Source: Blastocladiella emersonii ATCC 22665
Lineage: Eukaryota > Fungi > Blastocladiomycota
NCBI GenBank assembly: GCA_025594325.1
Contig: JANHCV010000013.1
Coordinates: 992,001 to 1,056,000, forward strand
DNA: 64,000 nucleotides
Direction of reading: 5' to 3'
Positions 37,091 to 46,785 of the stretch are shown here, piece after piece. Each line of letters starts with the position of its first letter. Position 1 is the first letter of the stretch. The translations under genes and the position numbers were made by a program. The notes under the pieces were generated by a model that was given only the letters and a program-made list of their open reading frames with translations, was not told the DNA's origin and did no database searches.

Positions 37091-37656
37091 TGGTGCGGCA
37101 GCGGCGTGGCCGCGCCGTCGTAGCCGTAGCCGGGTTGCTGAGGCAGCGGCGCCGCCTGCGTGGCCGAGGCAGAAACGGTGCCGTCGTGCGAGCGCCAAGA
37201 ACGACGGGGAGCGGTGGCAGGGGCGGCGGGCACGAACGCGTTCGCTGGCGTGGCCGGCCACGATTGCGCGTGCCGTTGTGGTGGCGGGTGACGGTGTTGG
37301 GGTGGATGCGACCAGTGCGGTGGGTATGGAGGGTTTGGCGGGTGGTGGCGATAGGAGGAAGCGACATCAACAGCGACGCGGTCGAGGTGCTGGGGCGGGG
37401 GATGATGACTCGTGCCGCCGTCCCAGTCCATCAGGGAGCGCAGGAAGCGGTCGGCGGGGTGCGAGTCGTAGTCGTAGCCGCCGCGGACGTTGAACATGGT
37501 GTAGAGTTGTGCGGGTTCAGGGCTTGGGCGAGGCAGTGGTGCCGCGGGTTGTGGGCGCGGGGGCTCAGGCACTTTATAGGCGAGGGGCGTCGCCGCAAGC
37601 GGTCGCTGGAGGCCCCGAGACAGGCTCTCCAAAGGAAATGCATTGGCTTCAAACAT
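36757..37656 (-). CDS. Pro/His-rich low-complexity ORF inside the inverted repeat
   Basis: GC3-biased first ~190 codons; converges on 36689-37090. Confidence 0.35.
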   Translation of the reverse strand: MFEANAFPLESLSRGLQRPLAATPLAYKVPEPPRPQPAAPLPRPSPEPAQLYTMFNVRGGYDYDSHPADRFLRSLMDWDGGTSHHPPPQHLDRVAVDVASSYRHHPPNPPYPPHWSHPPQHRHPPPQRHAQSWPATPANAFVPAAPATAPRRSWRSHDGTVSASATQAAPLPQQPGYGYDGAATPLPHHHGVRRSARSHPGLAGAAAAPSEGGEDAAAAAAAEAAEAAAAARFAAIRFEWRCSLVPGGGAAAAAAAAGRRVRCCAGGRASAPGAGFTSSGCPHEWHGSACSSHRSLRQR

Positions 37657-37698
37657 GGAGAAGGTTTATTCGAGGAAGAAGGGGAGGAGAGACAAAAT

Positions 37699-37853
37699 GG
37701 GACGGCGGACGGCGAGAGGTGGCGCGCTCGCGCGTGCTCGCTGGCCCACGTGTGCCCGCCGGTGACTCACCCGATCAAAATCCCACATTGCTTATCCGCT
37801 GTGGGGTGACCCTTGTTCGGACGCGTTTCTCTTGTAATTTGCGGAATACGGTA
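37699..37853 (-). repeat. 155-bp inverted repeat, right arm
   Basis: Reverse complement of 36474-36628. Confidence 0.85.
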
Positions 37854-38228
37854 TAACGACGCTTCATCGACCTCGCGATCACGCGCAACCTGCACGTCTG
37901 CGTGCTTACGCCAGTGGGTGAGTTCAAGGTCGCCAAGCGCTCGCTGATGCGCCAGGAGGTGCACGCGCTGCGCAACGTGGTCAACCTGGACGCGGGTAAC
38001 GCGTCTATCTCGCGAGCATCCTTCCCGAGGATGCGAGCCGGAATCAGAAAAGTGTGCGCAACTGAAAAGGTGTTCATCGCCGACTTACACTCATGAACGC
38101 TGAAGAGGGGAAGCGAACGCGAGGCGAGGACGGCCAAAGGCAAGGGCGAAAGGGCAAAGCCCTGCGCCAGTGCCAGCCGAAGGCTGTGTGACGGCAAATG
38201 CAGGGCTTTGCCCTGAAATGCAGGGCTT

Positions 38229-38553
38229 AGTTCAAGTACACACGCGCACGCTGGCCCAACCGCGAGAGACGCGTCGGGCAATCACGCGAGTGGCACGCGC
38301 CGGCGGCGCCACACTTCCAGTCACCGCTGGCGGACTGCCTCGCCGCGGGGTCGCACGCTCACCTCAAGCGAGCGTCTCCGCTCCCTCTGGTTTTGTTCGA
38401 GATCGCTGCTACTATTAGCCGTCGTTATACACCCTTTCCTCCCTTCTGCGTCTACCTCCTTCGCCGTGTCCATCACCGTCTCCGTCATCTCCTCAGCCTT
38501 CCGTGCATCGTGCTCAACCTTCCTCTCGCACCCTGCACCTGTACGCTTCAACT
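38229..38553 (+). repeat. 5' LTR (AGTTCAAG...CTTCAACT)
   Basis: Two differences from 62802-63126. Confidence 0.93.
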
Positions 38554-38565
38554 GGTTATGAGCCC
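38554..38565 (+). promoter_or_regulatory. Primer-binding site GGTTATGAGCCC
   Basis: Immediately follows the 5' LTR; resembles the copia internal-tRNAiMet PBS (GGTTATGGGCCC). Confidence 0.8.
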
Positions 38566-38859
38566 TGCTCGCCCTTGAAGCTCGATGTACGTACGGCCTC
38601 CGCTTCCTCCAAGCCGCTTCCACACCTCCCTGCCGCCGCGCGGTCACTGCACCTGCGCCCGCTGTACTGGCGTGGGCCGCGGACCGTGCGAGCGGCCGAG
38701 CACCAGGGCGGGAATCGCTGCCTGCCCCGGTGGCGGGTCCCAGTGCCTGCAGCGGTTGACACAGGGCCGCCAGCGCGGTTAGCCCGGCCGCCCACCTCCG
38801 TTCTCCCTCACGTCGACATGTGCGCCACCTCGCGCTCACGGCAGCAGATCGTGCCGTTG

Positions 38860-39172
38860 GGTATCCCGCGTATCAGTGCACCACCGCCTTGCGCGTTAGC
38901 CAAGTGCGCACACTGTGTTAGCAGATACCCTTCCGCACAATAGTCGCGATGACGGAAACCGCGTTCGCCACCCGTGTTCGCAGCGGTTCGCGCCGCTGGG
39001 CGTCCCACGAATCGGTGCACCACCGCCTTGCGCGTTAGCCAAGTGCGCACACCGTATTAGCAGACCCCGCGCCGTGCGTTCCAGCAACCTCCCCGCCGCC
39101 GGGCGTCCCGCGTATCAGTGCACCACCGCCTTGCGCGTTAGCCAAGTGCGCACACCGTGTAAGCAGACCCCG
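38860..39172 (+). repeat. Three dispersed ~62-bp direct repeats in the copia leader
   Basis: GTGCACCACCGCCTTGCGCGTTAGCCAAGTGCGCACAC near 38876, 39015 and 39118. Confidence 0.8.
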
Positions 39173-40179
39173 CGCGGCGCGTTGCATCATCCCCTGCCTG
39201 TGAGCCTCGGACGCGTTCCCCGATGTGATGTGTGTGTGGTTGCGACCAGGAGAAGCGGGCGTTGTGCGTGCGCGAGTGTGGGTCGCCCTTTGCGGTCACC
39301 TCCAATGCACTTTGATCTGCTCACTCCTCCTCTCGCCCCGCCGTCCGTCGTTTAGAAGTACTCGCAACACTTCGCTCCCCTTGCTCCGTATCTGGCTCGG
39401 TTCCCTTGGAACCTCTCTGGCATCTCCACCATGTATGGCTCCCCGACAACGTAGGGCGACCATGCATCGCCCCTCACACTCACGCACGCTTACCTGCACA
39501 GACCAACTATGCACACCACACAATCTTGCACTATGATGGGCGCACCTGCACCGCCAGCACCTCTCCGCGCCACCATGCTTGCCTCGCGTCGCTCTGCGAA
39601 CAGTCGCGCCCTCCCCGCGCCGTCTTGCGGGCAACGGCGTTGCAATCGCTGCGCAGCTGGCTGCCTTGCCCCGCTCGCCTCGCATCGTCGCGCGAGTACC
39701 AGCACTGCGTGCCTGCTCGCCATCGCGCTCCTCGCGGACTCTTGGCCATCTCCCGCAGTGCACGACGTGGCATCACACTCATCACGCACAATCTGAGCCC
39801 CTACGCTCCGCCTACCTGCTGGTTCGGCGCGGGGTCCCACATCCCGCTCGCCATCCGATCTCCCGCGACACGAACCACTCCACACGCTCTCCGCCATCCT
39901 ACGTTCCGCACGTCCCCAACTCGCTCCTCGCCCTTGTGGAAACCGCGCGTCCCGTGTGACGTCAGTCCTTGCACGGTCCACGGCGCCCTACCGCCCTGTT
40001 GGCCGTGTACACTCGCGCTACCCACGCTCGCGTAATCCACGGTGCACCACGCTGTTCGGCCCCGGCCGAGCCGCAGTTCCCCGATTGCACTCGCGCAAGC
40101 TGTGCATTCCGCGCGGCATCCCGCTCGCTGACTCGCTTGCGCGATCCACGTCTTCCCGCGCGACACCTGCTCTCGCGTG

Positions 40180-40772
40180 AGTTGCGCACACCGCTCGTCG
40201 CCCACTAGCGCGACGCGCGCGTCCCGCTCGTCGCCCGCTCGTACGACCCGCGACATCCCGCTTGGCGCCGGCACTTGTGCGAGCTGCGGAACCCGCATGA
40301 CGCCCGCACTCGCGCCATCCGCACCACCCGCTCGTCGCCCGTTCGCGCGATCCGCGCGTCCTGCACGTCGCGCAGTCCGCGCGTCTCGCTCGTCGCCCAC
40401 TCGTGCAATCCACGCGTTCCGCTCGTCGCCCGTTCGCGCGATCCGCGCGTCCCGCTCGTCACCTGCACCCGCGCGAGCTGTGCGTCCTTCTCGCCGCCTG
40501 CGCTTGCGCGATCCGCGACGTCCCGCATGGCACTCGCTACTAGATCGAGCTGTGCATCCCGCTAGCCGCTGGCGCTCGCGTGATCCGCGACATCCTTCGC
40601 GGCCCCTGCGCCCGCGCGATCCGCGTTTTTCCCGCTCGCCACCTGCACTTGCGCGGCCAACGGTACCCTGTCCTCCGCCTGCGCCCACGCGATTCGCGAC
40701 ATCTTGCACGGTGCCTGCGCTCGCGCGATCCGCAACACCACGCTCGTCGTCTACGCTCGCGCGATCCGCGGC
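40180..40772 (+). repeat. Degenerate GC-rich ~33-bp repeat (CGCTCGCGCGATCCGCG...), left half, interrupted by the virus
   Basis: The same repeat resumes in the same orientation at about 58217-58800. Confidence 0.7.
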
Positions 40773-40777
40773 ATCAT

Positions 40778-41534
40778 TGCCGCTGCCCTTAAGGGCAGCG
40801 GCATTCAATGAAAGGAATGGGTGGCACGGGGTAGATCAAAGTACGTAGTACTACCGGTATGGGCGGATAGAACACGTGGCTACGATCTACGATGGCCGCG
40901 GCGATAGGTCACGTGAATTCCACGTGACGTCTCACACCCGACGCGTCTCCCTGAGTGTCTCACACTGACGCGGATGGCCACCCCACGCGTTGCTTACCCC
41001 GAGTGACGCGCCCGTGGAGCCCGCCAGGGCGAGGCTGTGGAAGTGAGCGTGGAGAAGGCGGTAGAGTAAATCAAGGATCTAAGCAGTAGAGCAGGTCTGA
41101 AGAACTTGAGTGAACGAACTTAAGAAGTCCGAAGAACTTGAGTGAACTGAACTTGAGTTAACTACTTTTTATAGATAACACGATAAATCGAGTTCGCGAT
41201 CCACTCGACCACTCACCGTAAGCAACAACCCTTTGCAAGTTCTTCGAAAACCGACCCCGACCTAAACGACGGGGTCCATTTCCGAACTTTTTGCAGAAGC
41301 AGCTTCGCGCCCTGATCGCCGAAGAATTTGCGAACTCGACTTATGAAGAAAACGGGCGTTCCGAAGAATTTGCAGTTGGTCGTAAAGTGAGTTCGTGGAG
41401 TTGTCATAAAGTGAGTTCGTGGAATTATTCGTGGAGGTGATTGTGGAAGTGATCGGCGCCAGGTCACGCGTCCCAGCGTGGAGCAGGGCAGCGGGAGACG
41501 CGTTGTGGAGTGGGACGCGTGGGGACGCGTGATC
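40778..41534 (+). repeat. Left TIR (757 bp), beginning with the 26-bp palindrome TGCCGCTGCCCTTAAGGGCAGCGGCA
   Basis: Aligned by hand to 57455-58211 with no gaps and one mismatch (41504/57485). Confidence 0.97.
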
Positions 41535-41545
41535 GGTGAACGCGT
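41466..41545 (+). promoter_or_regulatory. Cluster of five ACGCGT (MCB-like) sites upstream of the replication gene
   Basis: Sites at 41466, 41498, 41515, 41525 and 41540; function inferred only. Confidence 0.45.
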
Positions 41546-41672
41546 GTCTGGGACTTCAAAATCCAAATTAAGTACAGCGTACGACTATAGATCAAGTCCT
41601 GGACTATTCCGTCCAAACGCACTAAACGCATTTCCAAATTAAATACCAGCAAACAGTAAGAGCATCCACACC

Positions 41673-44600
41673 ATGAACTCCTCAATCTCGCCCAAGGCCT
41701 ACAAGCAGCAGACTGGTTCAACGCGCCAGTACAGCCGCGAATACGACGCCCACATCTTTGTCAAGTCGCACCGCGAAAACATTGGTGTTATCCCTCAAAA
41801 CCTTGCCTTTCGTCGCGCTGACGAGGACGGCGATTGCTTCACCTATGGGATCATCTGCCAGTTCACCGACGCCGCGGGCAAGAAGAAGGATTACTTTAAG
41901 TACGTAAACCTGACCAACAAGAAGATCAGCAAGTGGGTCCGTGAAGGTCAAAACAAGCAACTCTGTGAGCTGTTCCGCGACGGTCAGCTGGTGAAGCTCT
42001 ACTTTGATTTCGACTTTGACAAAAAGGTTGATGGCGTGCTCCAGTACAAGACATTGAGTGAGATCCAGGACTGGATCATTGATCAATTTCCGCTTGCCAA
42101 TAAGAAGACCATGAACATTTCAGGATACACCACCAGCGAGAAGCATTCGTACCACATCATCGTGCCTGAGTACAAGTTCATCTACGACGCAGGCGCGGGG
42201 AACGGTGTCTGCCAGGCGCTTAGTGAACTCTGCACTGAAAACAAGGACTTTGGCGCCGACGAGTCAGTGTACTCAAAGCATCGCAACATGAAGATTATCG
42301 GCAACTCCAAGCCAGGAAAGCAAGTTCAGGCGTATATCAGTGGTAACACAGACCTGGCGCATCACATGATTCGACTCTACGTGGATGATTCTGCAACCAC
42401 GCTCACTGCAGCTGACATCAAACTTTCACCCGAGGCAAAGGCTGCAATGATCAAGGCCAAGGCTGCCCCCGGTAAGGTCACGAGCTACAAGTTTGAGAAG
42501 GTTGCCACAGCCAAGATCCCAGCGGACTTCAACTATTACACCGCAAGTAACGAAGAGAAGCTAAAAAACGTTGATGGCAGCGCGTTCAGTAACGCCATTT
42601 TCCGTGACGTCGCGTGGTGGTTCAAGTCAGTAGGCGGAAGCTTTGAGTTCTACTGGGGGTGGGCGTCGCAGTGGAAGGAGGATCACAAACTGGCCAAGTA
42701 CGAGTCACTCTGGGAGCGCGGCACAGGGACCAACCTCCGCGATACTGTGATCAAGCAGTGGTACGCCGCAAACCACATGCAGACAACCAACACGATCCCC
42801 TTTATTGCCCCTGAAGACATTCAGACAGTCGTGATCCACAACCGTTACCTCACCAGTGACGTCTTCAGCCTTGGGACGAAGTACACGATTCTGGGCACGA
42901 ACATGGAGACGTACAAAACTGGCGTGTGCGTAGAAGATATGGATAAGCTTCCTGAAGACGCACGAGTTATGTGGATGACGCCGTTCATTGGCCTGGCTCA
43001 GAACACTCGTGGGCGCCTTAATGGATCATTTGCGCTTTACACTCAGATCAAGAAAAAGTCGCAGCTGCAGGACGTGAAGCGCCTCATTATGAGCCCGCTG
43101 TCTCTGCATCACTTCCACAACCCCCAGCCTTACCATACTGTGTACATCGACGAGTGTGAATCGCTGCTAAAGATGTTCACGGCCGGGATCGCCAAGAAGA
43201 ACATTGAGCGGACCTTCCCTATGTTCTGCGACATCCTGCGAAATGCGCAGAAAGTAGTGTTCCTTGACGCGATCTGCACGCCAATTCTGTTGAACTTTAT
43301 CCGCGATCTCGTTGGTACAGACACGTGGAAAGACGAGGTCTCACAGGCGGTTATTGCAGATGAGCACAAGCAGGCGCCAATTAAGCTGCTCAAGTTTGTA
43401 GACAAGGTGGTCACTAAAACGATCACTGTCCTCTGCAAGAAGGGCGAGAAGCCAGCCCCCAAGCCATGCGCTCATGAGAAGTGCAACTACAAAGCGAGCT
43501 TTGGCGATTTCTGCGGCCGTCACAAACCCAAGGACGCTGTGGTACCCGCTAAGCCCACTAAAGCTATTGAACAACGCACCTCTGCTGTCACTCTTTTCCT
43601 CAACGACCTCACAGCCAGCGTCAAGGACGGTAAGAAGGTATTCTGTTTCTGCCCAATTAAGCGATCGGCCACAAACCTCCTTAGTGCAGACACACTTGCA
43701 GATTACCTGAAGGCGACTTGTGAGCTCAATGAAAACAACGTGCTCGTGTACACCTCGGAGAACCACGCACTGAAGGCAGATTTTGTACCGTATCAACGAA
43801 GTCTGGTCTCAGGCACACGTCAATGTGGTCATTGTGACTGTTGCAGGAGCTGTTGGGCTGTCCTACTCCGTGTCATGCGATGGCGTCTTTGACAAGTTCC
43901 TCAAGGATGCTCGCACTTTTGATCGCGTGTACTGTGTTGTCGACGAGTTTTGCTCCACGCGTAACAGTCTACAGTCGCTCCGTCGTATTCGCCGCCCCGC
44001 TGATACAGACATCCGCATCGTCTTCACGGATTCTCGTTCCAAGCAAATCGCTGACCAGTTTAGCGAGCGCGCCCACGTCTTCCCTGCTGACCACACGTAC
44101 GCGAACCTTTTCGAAACCCTGAAGCATGACGTCCGAGTTGAAGAGCGCACACAACGAGGATCGGAGGGTCAACTGTTTCGCGAGTGGGCGGACAAGCTGG
44201 GTTTTGTGATTGTGGATTACGAGTCTGACGCAGCACCGCTCAAACGCGTCAAGTTTGAGCTCTCGTACGAGTACAAGAACATCCCAACACCATCAGACGA
44301 ACGCATCAAGGAAATGTCAAAGAACCTGGATCTTATCACTGCATCAGAGGGTTTGTACATTGAGAAGCGTCGTATTGATGGCAAGTACGCGCACCTCACA
44401 CCAGAGACGCGCGAATTCATTTTCAACAAGAAGCTGACAAAGCAGCTTGACATTGCGACAGCAGATCACATCCATGAGTTTGATGCCGACGCAAGCAGCG
44501 ATCACGCAAAGACTTTTATTCTGCAGCAGGTCCATGAGGCACTGGGCATCAAGCCGTTCCAGGACATCTCAACCCTGGTCATGCCAGAAATTCCCGGCAA

Positions 44601-45114
44601 CGTATCATCAACTATCACTGGACTGGCTAACAGCGTCTTCAACACGCGTCGATCCAAGATGAGCATCAGTTACATCGTCACACTGCTTAACTCAATTTAC
44701 GGCGTTGACGTGTACGTGCCCATGATCAACGCAAAGGGCGATACGATGAAGCACTCCACGACCCGCCTGACCATGTTTACACTCTCCAAGTTCGGAAAAT
44801 GCCTTGCTGAAGCGTACAGCCAATACGTTGCTGGAGAGCGTCGCGGAATTGAGTTTGAGATGCCAGCACCAAAGTCACCTGAATCGACTGCAGCCACTTC
44901 ATTGACCAACATTGTTGACACGCAGGCAAAGGCGCGCAAACCCGAGCCTCTCATTGAGCAGTCCCGTCAAACCACGCTTCCGTACAAGACCGCAAAGCAG
45001 CAGAAGATGGAACTAACAGCATTTGTGGGTGCTCTTGTTGGAGTACTGCGCGGACGTAAGTGTATGGAGAACGCGATCGCACCCTTTGTTCAAGGCATCG
45101 CAGTCTCCAGCTGA
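41673..45114 (+). CDS. AEP primase-polymerase (PrimPol/herpes-NCLDV type) + PriCT-like + UL9-like SF2 helicase; +1 frameshift near 43781-43784
   Basis: KLYFDFD, SYHII, DESVYSKHRNMKIIGNSKPGK (AEP motifs I-III); YIDECE, VFLDA; downstream frame VIVTVAGAVGLSY and QSLRRIR (SF2 motifs V and VI). Confidence 0.8.
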
Positions 45115-45240
45115 GTTTTAGATTTAAGTACGGCGAACCATAGTAGATCAGAGTCAAGATTCGTCTTGGCACCATTCAAACGCAAACGCACCAAACGCAA
45201 TCTTAAATTAAATACTCTGATCATAGTATAGTATCCGACA

Positions 45241-46767
45241 ATGAACGCCTCAGTTGCCACCGCTCTTGCCAACGCCCTGACCAAGGTCATGAACCAGCTC
45301 ACTACCATTACCACCGAAGTCTCAGTACTTCGCAAGGAGAACGCCGAGATGCGCGAGACAATCAATGCCATGCAGAACTCAATGAGTTACATGAGCACCT
45401 TTACAGAGGCGTTCCATACGTCTCTCAGCGAGGGTATCATCGAAAACACTGTCAGCAAGATGCTTAATGAGGCACTGACTCCAGTCAAGGGCGAGATTGC
45501 AGATCTCATCCAGTTTAACGTGATGACGCGCCACCACCACAGTCGCAAGCCTCAGATCAGCATCACCGACCTTGAACTTGGTGCATCTACTCCACTTCCT
45601 GAGCCTAAGCTATCTGAAAACAAATTCCTCGGCCTTTCAGGACCTAAGCGACAGCGTAAGGCTGTGATCAAGTCGGTTCAGGAGCTGGTTGAGGAACAGG
45701 TTGAGGAGCCGGTTGAGACCGTGATTGCAACGATCGAAATCCCTGAGGAAGTCGCCACAGAGCCATCTGTAGAGGAATTGAAAGCGGACCAAGAGTCCTG
45801 CAACATTGATGAGAATGGCCCCGAATTTGTCTTTGAGGACGTGATTAACGATTACGTTGACAACAAAAACAAACAAGGCGGATCACGTAACACTCAGACC
45901 ACCCGCCTTCAGATGCGTCAATGGTTCAAGGGCAATCAGTGCGTGGTGTACCATGAGCGCAAGCAGGTCAGTGTGTATGGTATGGACGCCGTGGAGCACT
46001 ACAGCACCGTCTTTGATGGACTCCCATCCAAAAAGCTGCAGAGTATCGCGGCATGCCTTAACGATGTAAAGCAGGCAGGCGTGCGATTCCGTAATGTGGA
46101 TATTGTAAAGATGCACGCAGCTGCACATGGCACTCGTGTTAATCGCGATAAGGTCCGTGTGATTGAGATGGCTCAGGAACCCCTCACAGTCACGTTTGAC
46201 CAGTGCAAGGCGTGGGCTGAGTCAGTCCCATTTGACAGCGAGCTTGATGATGCAACACTTGCTGTGATGATCAACGCCGCATCAGGCCTGCGCTGTGATC
46301 CAGTGTTCCTTACAACCTACAAGTCTGAAGAAGACTACCCGCACCTTGTTTTTGATGACGATATGAACGTGTTCCTCCAAGGTCGCATCATGTCAAAGGA
46401 GGAGGTGGCCAAGGCTAAGAACTACCGTATCAACATTCAACTGGATGAGGCTTTCGCAATGACGATTGTCCATAATGTAGAATTGCGCAAGGCTCGCGGC
46501 GATGGGTTTGTGTTTGGCAACCTGGTGGATGTCAACGATAAGGACAAGACACTGGACCGCTACAGCAAACTTGTCATTGCTGGAACAGCCAAGATCCCAG
46601 CTCTCAAGGGCGCAACAGTGAAGAGTTTCCGTAAGGCATGCGCGACTCGCGACACTGAACTGTACAGCACAAACCAGATCTCAACGGAGGAGTACACCGC
46701 CCGATTCCACGCTCGTGGCCATTCCGTTGACGTACTCGATCACTACTACCGCCCAGCTCAACAATAA
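45241..46767 (+). CDS. Tyrosine-recombinase-fold protein with N-terminal coiled coil (possibly protelomerase-like)
   Basis: SGLR...K...KSFRKACAT...RGHSVDVLDHYY gives R, K, K-x-x-R, H and Y with His-to-Tyr spacing 9. Confidence 0.75.
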   Translation: MNASVATALANALTKVMNQLTTITTEVSVLRKENAEMRETINAMQNSMSYMSTFTEAFHTSLSEGIIENTVSKMLNEALTPVKGEIADLIQFNVMTRHHHSRKPQISITDLELGASTPLPEPKLSENKFLGLSGPKRQRKAVIKSVQELVEEQVEEPVETVIATIEIPEEVATEPSVEELKADQESCNIDENGPEFVFEDVINDYVDNKNKQGGSRNTQTTRLQMRQWFKGNQCVVYHERKQVSVYGMDAVEHYSTVFDGLPSKKLQSIAACLNDVKQAGVRFRNVDIVKMHAAAHGTRVNRDKVRVIEMAQEPLTVTFDQCKAWAESVPFDSELDDATLAVMINAASGLRCDPVFLTTYKSEEDYPHLVFDDDMNVFLQGRIMSKEEVAKAKNYRINIQLDEAFAMTIVHNVELRKARGDGFVFGNLVDVNDKDKTLDRYSKLVIAGTAKIPALKGATVKSFRKACATRDTELYSTNQISTEEYTARFHARGHSVDVLDHYYRPAQQ

Positions 46768-46785
46768 TTTCTCAGAGAATAGTAA

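Noticed and set aside
40789-40792. TTAA as a piggyBac-like TSD, or a palindromic host attB site used by the tyrosine recombinase
   Set aside because: Boundaries at 40778/58211 give an exact ATCAT duplication with TG...CA ends and restore the flanking repeat, so the palindromes belong to the virus.
39801-40808. 335-aa ORF crossing the left viral junction (and 58178-58622 on the right)
   Set aside because: Read-through of the degenerate GC-rich repeat; spans the insertion boundary.
41163-41175. Outward-facing TATAAAA box in each TIR
   Set aside because: No plausible ORF lies downstream toward the termini, and there is no transcript evidence; a non-coding outward transcript cannot be excluded.
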